A DNA stretch of 64,000 bases, from NCBI GenBank assembly GCA_002269645.1, contig NIVC01003901.1:44624-108623 (forward strand), read 5' to 3'. The translations under genes were made by a program, and so were the position numbers. Below, piece after piece: positions 54,288 through 63,166 of the stretch (position 1 is its first letter; each line of letters begins with the position of its first letter). This DNA comes from Macrostomum lignano (taxonomy: Eukaryota). Under the pieces are notes generated by a model. It searched no databases and had not been told where the DNA came from. It was given only the letters and a program-made list of their open reading frames with translations.

Positions 54288-54605
54288 ATGATAATGGAAA
54301 CATTTGACTCTCATGAAAGTTTGTTTGATGTTCTCGCGTCACCGAAATATTCCATCAGCTTTAAACGTCTGTTGATCAGAGCGGGTCCAAAAGCCGTACG
54401 TGAATTTCTCATTGAGGCCTGCTACAACCTATTGCAAAACACTCTGTCGTTCTCACTCACTGAAAAGGCAGCGCTGGTGAAGCAAAAGCAAATAATCCGC
54501 AAAATTTCTACACATAGAAGAACTGCGGATCTGCTAAATACGGGTTTTATCAAAATTCTCTACATTCTAATAAAGCTAGTGAAGAAAAAGAAGCAAAATG
54601 AATAA
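54288..54605 (+). CDS. Small basic Polinton protein, function unknown
   Basis: IEACYNLLQN...KAALVKQKQIIRKIS resembles a small gene recurrent next to the ATPase in animal Polintons (from memory, unverified). Confidence 0.6.
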   Translation: MIMETFDSHESLFDVLASPKYSISFKRLLIRAGPKAVREFLIEACYNLLQNTLSFSLTEKAALVKQKQIIRKISTHRRTADLLNTGFIKILYILIKLVKKKKQNE

Positions 54606-55320
54606 GTTCTCAGAAATGGTTCTGATCCCCAAGTCAGAGTACGACATGCTCACACAGAATTTGAAGCCAGTCGAGTCTGAAATGGACACTGCTGTGAGAT
54701 ATGCGCAGAGGAAATGCAATGATATTTTGCTTGCCGAGGATTGCCCAGACGATGTGAAAGCTGCCATGTACCATGATGCGATGAAGAGTTTGCTGGTCAA
54801 GCGCAAGCGGACTGGAAAGGATGGTGCGGTACCTGCGAGTGATGCAAAGATGCTGAAAACAGATATTGCACCAAGCAGCTGGGGGGAAAAGATCACCCAA
54901 TCCGTGCCGCAGAAGTTTAAAGCGAGAGCCCGCAGTCTATGGGCCATCCTATCTGGCAATCCCTCTCTGATTCGGGTGTCCGAAAATGGCGAGGCGCAAA
55001 TTTCTGGGAAGACAATACCCTCCTCAAACATTCTGGATTTGTTTCACAGTGCGGTGAGGGATTCGAAATGTGCCAACGAGCCGGTAGGCTGGAGTGAGTT
55101 TGTCTCATTGCTTCAAGACAAAAAGCTTAACATCCCAGCTTCGGCTATAGGAAAGTCAGTAAGGCAGCTAATTTCTAAACCGGCTGTTTCTCCAGAGGCC
55201 ACCCCTGCACATCATACAGTTAAGGGATTCGGGAGTGAGAGAGCCTGGCTACACCTGAGCAGGAAAAAAAACTATTTAAGAAGGGGAACTGAGTCGGCTT
55301 CCCGACATCTTGCGTCTTGA
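54598..55320 (+). CDS. Conserved uncharacterised Polinton protein
   Basis: NGE..ISGKTIPSSNILDL....R....PVGWSEF...L...NIP.S.IG pattern is recurrent in animal Polintons; overlaps the upstream stop. Confidence 0.7.
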   Translation: MNKFSEMVLIPKSEYDMLTQNLKPVESEMDTAVRYAQRKCNDILLAEDCPDDVKAAMYHDAMKSLLVKRKRTGKDGAVPASDAKMLKTDIAPSSWGEKITQSVPQKFKARARSLWAILSGNPSLIRVSENGEAQISGKTIPSSNILDLFHSAVRDSKCANEPVGWSEFVSLLQDKKLNIPASAIGKSVRQLISKPAVSPEATPAHHTVKGFGSERAWLHLSRKKNYLRRGTESASRHLAS

Positions 55321-55332
55321 AACCATCCGATC

Positions 55333-56178
55333 ATGAACTATATTGACTTCCAAGGCTTCCCACGCGAGAGATCGAGCAGAGATTTCGTTGTGAAGGAGCT
55401 GGCCATTGCCCAAGTCCGGGCTGGCAGTTACCATATCACTCATCACGTGTACGCCTCTCCGTTCTCATGGGACAGAATCTCACCTGAGATGCAAGTACAT
55501 TACAGAAAGCTCTCAAAGAATTTGCATCATTTCAAGTGGACAGATGGATCCCGACCGTACATGCATTTGGCTAATGACATTCTAAACATTGCTTACGGTC
55601 CCACCTGGACAAGCGGGGTGAAAAAGTCCATCTTTCTGACTGAGCTGCTTGGCAGACAGGTGTACAACCTAGAGGATCTGGGATCACCTTTGATTCAAGC
55701 ATCTGATACTGGTTGTGCAGTGAAAAATGTATTACTGTACTACAACTGGCTGAAACCGAAGTTCTGTATCAACTTAAGAAGCGAGGTGTGCCCGCACCAC
55801 TCAAAAGCTCGCAAAGACAGCACCACTGACAGAAAGGACTCTCTAAATGAGTACACCTGCGACAGCCCTGCGAGTGACCAATCTGGTCGGCGGCGTGGAT
55901 CTGAGACTTGCTGGAGACAGGGGTGCCCAGTTGCCTCTGCGGGAACTGGCTCTCAGCATGGCTCATGTCATCTATCGCCCCGTCTGGCCCCGAGTGCTTA
56001 TCAAGAGGATGCGGAGTCCCAGAGTGACTCTATTGCTCTATCCGACTGGACAACTGAGTATCTGTGGCGCCCGGAGCTACTCGGCCTCAGTCAGGGCCGC
56101 TCGTCGCTTCGTGGCTATGCTGCATCGCAGAGTGCCTGCTCAACTGCTGCCTCATCAAACTGTGCATGTGCGGATTAA
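55333..56178 (+). CDS. DEDD/RNase T-like 3'-5' exonuclease-fold protein; C-terminal ~110 aa overlap the TBP-like ORF and may be non-functional
   Basis: N-terminal YIDFQGF......FVVKELA, HHFKW..G and CAVKNV..YYNW motifs. Confidence 0.6.
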   Translation: MNYIDFQGFPRERSSRDFVVKELAIAQVRAGSYHITHHVYASPFSWDRISPEMQVHYRKLSKNLHHFKWTDGSRPYMHLANDILNIAYGPTWTSGVKKSIFLTELLGRQVYNLEDLGSPLIQASDTGCAVKNVLLYYNWLKPKFCINLRSEVCPHHSKARKDSTTDRKDSLNEYTCDSPASDQSGRRRGSETCWRQGCPVASAGTGSQHGSCHLSPRLAPSAYQEDAESQSDSIALSDWTTEYLWRPELLGLSQGRSSLRGYAASQSACSTAASSNCACAD

Positions 56179-56410
56179 AACTATTACTGCGCATGGGAAA
56201 ATTGACTTGTGCAGAGCACTTCCCCTCGCTAATCTTGTGAACACTTTACCAAATGCTCAATATGAGCCAGAGTCATTTTCTGCTTTGATCTGCAAACTAA
56301 GCTTCTGCAAATGCCTGCTTTTTCACAATGGCTCATTCGTTCTCAGTGGTGCAAAAACAATGAGCATGCTAATTTCCGACTTTTCCTTGCTTGTCCGTTT
56401 TCTGTGCTAA
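55847..56410 (+). CDS. Divergent TATA-box-binding protein (TBP)-like protein, core only, 187 aa
   Basis: Two TBP repeats: LRVTNLVG...YRPVWPRVLIKRMRSPRVTLLLYPTGQLSICGAR and VRIKTITA...YEPESFSALICKL..CKCLLFHNGSFVLSGAK. Confidence 0.88.
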   Translation: MSTPATALRVTNLVGGVDLRLAGDRGAQLPLRELALSMAHVIYRPVWPRVLIKRMRSPRVTLLLYPTGQLSICGARSYSASVRAARRFVAMLHRRVPAQLLPHQTVHVRIKTITAHGKIDLCRALPLANLVNTLPNAQYEPESFSALICKLSFCKCLLFHNGSFVLSGAKTMSMLISDFSLLVRFLC

Positions 56411-56431
56411 TAATAACCATATGTTTCAACA

Positions 56432-56556
56432 ATTAAATAAAAAGACGACAGCTGAACAAAAATATAATAATCTTGCATGCATATACCACGTATTAAGATG
56501 CGTGCATTTTAATCAATATACCTGAAAATCAGACTTCGATCGACTTTTTCTTTATT
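56432..56556. terminator. Convergent polyadenylation signals
   Basis: ATTAAA/AATAAA (+) at 56432-56441 after the TBP-like stop; AATAAA (-) at 56551-56556 downstream of polB; AT-rich spacer. Confidence 0.55.
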
Positions 56557-57125
56557 TTCATAACTGAAATCGCAATATTAGTTTGAGTATAGAAAATTTA
56601 ATCAGACCACAACCAACTCAAGAAAAAAAGCACACCCATCACTCAGATTATGCACTGCTAAGACAAATAAAAACGAACAAGAACTAGCAGAAATGAAAAA
56701 GGAAGCAATATTTTTCAGATAATCATTGGATAATGGTTACAAAAAATATGAGTAGCAAAGCTAGCAAAGATAAAAAAAGGACAGTAACTCAGTTCATTCA
56801 ATTGTGCAAAAATTCAAGGATAATAAAAAAGGGAAAGCCAGACCAATATGCCGCAAATTATTCCAACATGGCTTTCACAAGTTCGTATTGAAATAAATCT
56901 GGAACAACTCAACTCGAAAATGTTACGTCAGTTAGTTGCTTAGAGACTACAAATATGTAACTAACTGAATTGGCTCTATTCGTTCCAGCATTGTCATTAT
57001 CATCATCATCCATCATTATCATCATCATCATCATTCAGATTAATTAAACCACTGAAACAATTCATGGAGTACATAAGTAAAAGTCAATAAATTTCAACGC
57101 CAAGGTTACACAGATGTGCAAAGCA

Positions 57126-60100
57126 TCACTCTAAGCAGTCCGCTGTCCTTTTCGGACTACCCCTGATTAACAGCTGAAAGTGGCCGAACGGAAGACTTGA
57201 GTTCGAGCCAGTCCACGCTCGCTTGTCCTCCCAGATACTGAGAGCGAGCTTACGTTGCTCAATGGTGAAAACGCGATGTTTCTCACTTCCAATTCGACGA
57301 ACAGTGAGCGACAGCTTTGAAGCCCCCTTGAAAATCTTGACGTAGTCGTCGTGGGAGACTTCATTCTTCAGCACGCTTCGTTGGATGCCTTTTGCTTTTG
57401 CTTTGCATGCCGCCGAGCTTTCAGCGAGGAAAGAATAGAGCTTGGGCCTTAGCAGCACCCACTCAATCTGTTGCAGTCCACCAGCTTCATCTTTAATGCA
57501 GCCTAGCTTGGCCTTTAGCCGATTCGAGAAGAGAGGATGATTAGTGAAAAAATTGGAGGTGTCCAAGAGGCCTTCGGCATGCAGGATTGGCAGCACTTCT
57601 CTCTGCAAACTAAGGTTCTCTAAGCTCAAAAACAACGAGTCTGTATCGCCACCGCAAACTCGAACTCTTGCTCCATCACGGAATTCTAGCATGGGTTTTA
57701 TTTTGTCATAGTAAAGTCGATACATGATGATCTTGGAGCGATCTAGAACACACTGCCCCATGAAATTGGGCGATCAAGAGTTACTTCGCGCTTTTGAAGC
57801 TCAAAGATGCTGAGTGACGGCGTAATGATTGTGAATGATGCGACATTTGGTTGAGAAGAAACAGTCTTGGCTTTTTTCTTGTCAGTACACACTCTGATGT
57901 CCCGCCGCTTGCGCACGTTCTCCATTGTTTTGCCAAACAGGGAGTTATTTTTCAGTTTATAGAAATCCTTCTCGAAATCATTTTTCGCCATAGAGCGCTT
58001 CTCGCTATTCATCTTAATGTAGTCCGCGAAGACAGGTTCTTGCCTGAATTCGATCATCCTGTGGAGCCCATGCAACTTCATTCCGTGCGATAGATAGAAT
58101 CGGAGAGCAGACGAGTGCAGTACATAGGAAAACTTGTTGTGGCATGTGAGCATTAATTTTTGTACTCCACGGTAGCGCGCAACGGTAGGATTCTCAGTCG
58201 TGTTCGCGTCGGGCTGCTGCTGCTGATGATGATGAGAATGATCATTGTCATGTTGAAGCAGTACCCATAATTCTCGCATGTACTGCGGAAATTCTTCAAA
58301 ATTCGGACACCTTTTCTCTGGGGCGAATGGAAGATCCTCCGTTGCCGTGTGGATTTCGGCTGGGTAGAGCAAATCCGCTTCGACAAGGTAGCCGATTGGA
58401 GCGTCATCATCCAGGGAAAGAAAGCGGCACTCGGACCAGGAGCACAGCTCCTCTTGACTGAGCCAGCGAAAGCCGCCAACAGGTAGGGGCATTGTGAGCG
58501 CATGACCATAAAGGTTATTAGCATCAACAGCCAGTAAACTCCTACCTGCTGGTTCATTATCATCATCACTACTTTCGCTCTGGACATGATGTACATTGAC
58601 AAAAGACATTCCACCCCGAATTCCTTTCTCAAACATTTTATACATCTCGAGGTCAGTTAGCAGTTCGATCTTGACTTGAGAAGACTTTAGTGCAGAAGCG
58701 AATGATAGCCTGGAGTTGACACAAAATGCACCGGATCTAGCTTGTCTTCCTGCAAACTCAGCCTTCGAAACCCTTCAAAGATATCTGCTAGTTGCCTGAT
58801 GTCCAGCTCCAAGTAGCAGAGCATGTAATCGCGCAATGTTGTAGATTCGAATTCAGTCCAGGCCTTCTGCGCATGCCGATACTCCGCCTCGGTACAGTGG
58901 CTGTTGGTGAGTCGGTTAAAAAAGCTTTCTACTTTTGGTAGTTGGCGATCATCAAGCACATTCAAATTCGAGAGATAATCATACGGGAAAACTCCCTTAC
59001 TAAACAGTACATCGCTTGAGAGATTTGGATACTTTGATCGCATCGCATTAGTGATGGGGCAGTTGTCCTCCGGCAAGTTCTTAATAAGTTGAGAGAGACT
59101 GCTGTGTAGGAATTGCAGTGAGTCGATGAATTGTAGCGTGAAAAACAGGGGCTTTTTTACGCCATCTTTCTCATACTCATCAATCTGGAACTCGACCCTC
59201 ATGGAGAGGTACGACTCAGCAGTTTGGGGGATGACGCTCACCCTCCAACCAGTCATGTCACCCAGCGCAGTTGAGAAAATCAAATGCAGGTCATATCCGC
59301 GAAGATTGTGGAAAACTATTGGCAAAAATCGCCGTTTCAGCCGAGCAAGCTTGTTACACGAAGCGCAGGCAGCACCCTTGTATTCACCGCTGAGGTGGTC
59401 GTGATCCCAGTGCTTGTCAGAAGATGAAATGAACACTGCATTGCATAAATAGCACTGTGTGGCATCTTGAAAGCTGCGCCTGTTGTCATCACTGTTTCTG
59501 TCAGCAATCTGATGACTAAACTCGGTATTCCAACCATAAACTTCACGAGCAAGACGTTCGAGTGAGGCCAAAAACTGTTTCACGACAGAATTCGGATTGG
59601 GTCCGCTGCAGAGGAAAACATCCTCACTCGGCCTCAGAATTTTGCTGCTCATACCCTCTCTTGGAATAACAATGTAGCCAGCAGCTACAGGTACATGCTC
59701 AGTTAACTTGGTGACAGTAACTTCTCTTTCAGGCTCACTGGTTCACGTGGGGTGTTCAGAGCTTCAAAATCTGCGTAGACAACAAATGGGGGACTGATTG
59801 TCTTTTCCCAAGCCATGAACTGCATTGTGTTGCTACTTGCATCAGGCATGCGCTCCATGATGGCTGGTTTCAGTTGAGGATTGCAGCTGTCTCGATGCTG
59901 CTCCAACTCTTCCTGGAATCGAAACGGAGAAATGCACTTCTCACACCATTTGCGATTCCTCAGACCTTTTTTGCTGTTCAGGAGCCGGTCCAGGTTCGAA
60001 ACTGCACACCAGTGTCCAGTCCCACAATTCTCATCACCACCATCATCATCATCAGCATCATCGGAGCTGGAGTTGCGAAGCAAGAGTAGAGGAATAACCT

Positions 60101-60879
60101 TGCGAGAGGCACAAATCCCAGGAAGAGGCTGGCGAATGACATAGGCCTCATCATCTTCCCAGCTAAAAACTGTGAAACAGATTTCGGAATTCTTTTCCTC
60201 TATAACGTCTAAATCGGAAATTGCGACTGGTAGTGCGATGCCGCTCAGATCGATTTCATCCAACCATCTGCTGTAAGTTGTTAGTCGATGGCAAGACTTC
60301 ATCACACCTGGATCTCTGATGTGCAGGTAAGCGAGACAGGCAAACAGAAAGCAATTGTTTCCATCGCTCGGTGGGTTGATTATGGCCTTCTTAACGGCCA
60401 GCTGATTGGGCAAAGAAAAATTCGCGCATCGTCCACGATAGTAGCGAATGCGATCAGTGAGGGCAGAGCACAGATCAAAATAGTTGATTTGCTCAACTAT
60501 CCAACCGCTCCCATTTGAATTGTAGGCATCAATCTTGCGTTCCAGCTCAGAAAACTGCTGCAACCACCACAATTCAAAATCTCTTAGATCAGAGAGAAGC
60601 TCAAGACCGCATGCGATCCACTTATCTTCTGCATTGATTACCGCAGCTTCCTTGATTCTCACCATTCTATGTTGAACTTAAGCTGCGCTCGAATAGATTA
60701 TTCTCGGATGAATCGAATCTCATCTCAACAGCCTGTAGCACTGCAAACTTCGTTGATGATAAAAAATGAAATGGCTCGAGACCTCTTGATGCTGGAGTGA
60801 AGCGTCTGACCTGCAGCGTGTCATCATGCGCACTAGCGTGAATAGCCGAGCTGAATTGAATGCCTGCATGAATTAGCAT
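57126..60879 (-). CDS. polB: Protein-primed family B DNA polymerase (TP-like, vOTU-like, Zn finger, exonuclease with EndoVII-like insert, polymerase); five -1 frameshifts
   Basis: ExoI YADFE, ExoII HNLRGYD, ExoIII YLELD; motifs DANNLYG, KLKNNSLFGKTMEN, GDTDS and PKLY. Span 3754 + 5 nt = 1253 codons. Shifts at ~60692, 60665, 59742, 58709 and 57763. Confidence 0.93.
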
Positions 60880-60957
60880 GTTGTTGGGTGTACGCGTTTC
60901 ACTCGACAGTTAAAATTTATAAATCATAATCCTAATTCCACCTCATTATGGTGCGGG

Positions 60958-61407
60958 AATCGGTTAATCAGGAATCAGTGAATCGGGAATCGGCGAATCG
61001 GGAATCGGTGAATCAGGAATCGGCGAATCGGGAATCGTGAATCGGGAATCGGCGAATCGGGAATCGGTGAATCGGGAATCGGCGAATCGGGAATCGGTGA
61101 ATCGGGAATCGGCGAATCGGGAATCGGTGAATCGGGAATCGGCGAATCAGGAATCGGTGAATCGGAATCAGTGAATCGGGAATCGGGAATCAGTGAATCG
61201 GGAATCGGGAATCGGGAATCGGTGAATCGGCGAATCGGGAATCGGTGAATCGGGAATCGGTGAATCGGTGAATCGAGAATCAGTGAATCGGTGAATCGGC
61301 GAATCGGAATCGGTGAATCGGCGAATCGGTGAATCGGTGAATCGGGAATCAGTGAATCGGTGAATCGGTGAATCGGGAATCGGTGAATCGGCGAATCGGG
61401 AATCGGG
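60958..61407. repeat. GAATCGG-core 7-8-bp repeat array upstream of polB
   Basis: About 55-60 units of GAATCGG(T/C), GAATCAG and GGAATCG. Confidence 0.93.
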
Positions 61408-61428
61408 TTTCGTGACTACTTTTGCTTG

Positions 61429-61436
61429 TATTTATA
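61429..61436 (-). promoter_or_regulatory. TATA box (TATAAATA) facing polB
   Basis: Perfect consensus ~25 nt upstream of the repeat-array edge. Confidence 0.55.
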
Positions 61437-62180
61437 GAGGGAAGAGTCTACTTTACTGGCTTTACTAATCACATTGGATTGACTCACTGGTTGGTTCGAT
61501 TTCGATAGCAAAATTGGTAGACTCAAGCGGCCGATCACTTGCTGATGATGATGATGAAGTGTCTCTCGAAGAAGCCATCTCGGTTCGGTTGATGACACGG
61601 CTTAGAGCATTTTCGATGAGAATTAGAGGAGGAAATTTGCTGAAATACATATTTGTGAAATTATTTTTTCTTGCAAAAGTAAATTCAAATCCCTAATTTG
61701 TGGATATACGCTCGTATTAAGTGTACATATTTTCGAAAGTTGTACTTCGGGTCTTGTCGTTACGTGCCAAATTTCGGGGTCTCATAAAGGGTTTAATAAA
61801 AGGGTCTTATGAAACGAATTCTAAAAATTCAAAATAACTCAAAGCTGAAAACTTTTCCAAAATTCTGCGCTTCATTGCGCTTTAAAACTTATATTTTAAA
61901 AATGCAATGATACGCTACATTATTAGAAGCACAAGTTAAAGAAGGAGATTACAAACCCAACCAGAATCAAACCCAATCTGCATTCACACCCAAGCACAGC
62001 TTGCAATTGATCAACGCGCACTGCCTGCATAAATATGAACTTTAAAAATAGCAATGAGATGTTGAAAAGAAAAATAAACATTATTCACTTTTTCAATATA
62101 CGGATAATCATCTCGCAATTTAATTCAACACAAATGTTGCTAAATTAATATTTAACGACTGGTACATTAGAATTATTAGT

Positions 62181-63166
62181 TTAGAATTGAGAATTGCTCA
62201 GGCGAATACGGAAAGCCCCTCCCAAGTCAATCCAATATTCACCCGTAACACTGTTGGGCAGAACCAGCTGGATGCAGAGAGGTGCTGGCTGCTGCACTTC
62301 ATTAGCGGCCGCAGGCTGAACCTCAGTCGGTGGTGGCGGTGGTGGAGGCGCAGGGCCTGAGTCCATATCGCGAATCAGGTCGGACAGGCTGACTTCGACC
62401 GCAGGCTGAACCTCAGTCGGTGGTGGCGGTGGTGGAGGCGCAGGGCCTGAGTCCATATCGCGAATCACGTCGGACAGGCTGACTTCTGCCAGCATCCTGG
62501 CACGCTCCATATTTTTTCCGGGAACAGGGATTGCACGCCGCTGCTGCTGCTGTTGCATTTCTTGCTGGCTCCTGTGCTTCAGGCTCACCATCGAGGTTCT
62601 CGAAGAAAGCGGTGTCCAGCTCATTCAGCTCGAAGTCAGGGGTGCCACCTCCATCAGCAGCATCAAGCAGGGGAGCTCCGACATCACCGTCGAGTAGAGC
62701 AGCAGAAGCAGCAGCAGGCTGGGCGTTGGGCTGGTCACCAGTGTTCGTTACTCGCCGCATAAGCTCGTGATAACTTGACTCAAAGTGCTCACCGGCTCTC
62801 GAATGCGTTCTGCCGCCTGTTGCGTTCCTCTTGACGTGCAACTTCCAGAGCAGTAATGCAAAGTGCTCACCGGCTCTCGAATGCGTTCTGCCGCCCTGTT
62901 GCGTTCCTCTTGACGTGCAACTTCCAGAGCAGTAATGCGTGCCTGCTCGCGGTCTTCAGCAGAGCTCCATTAACAGTCGAATGATTTTTATGCCTTTTTT
63001 TGGCCTCTAACGTGAAGAGCTCAACGGACTGGCATTCATGGCATAGTAGCCATCGGGTGACACTGCAGCCTTCATTCGCTACATGGTGCTTTAGTCCACC
63101 GAGCATACTAATATTGCAGGTGACACACACCTCATGAACGTAGGATGGGCACCGAGAATGGCTCAT
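62181..63166 (-). CDS. Frameshifted or overlapping ORF cluster: Cys/His Zn-binding N-terminus with LxCxE, charged helix, acidic segment, Gln-rich and polyproline repeats
   Basis: ORFs 62867-63166, 62413-62841 and 62181-62624. Contains a 78-bp duplication (62781-62937) and a 90-bp duplication (62311-62490). One gene or two is unresolved. Confidence 0.55.

Noticed and set aside
48616-60518. Antisense and alternate-frame ORFs over Polinton genes
   Set aside because: Shadows of GC-rich coding sequence with no motifs.
61416-61696. Three ~60-aa ORFs between polB and the right-hand gene
   Set aside because: Short, low complexity and no motifs; cannot be supported.
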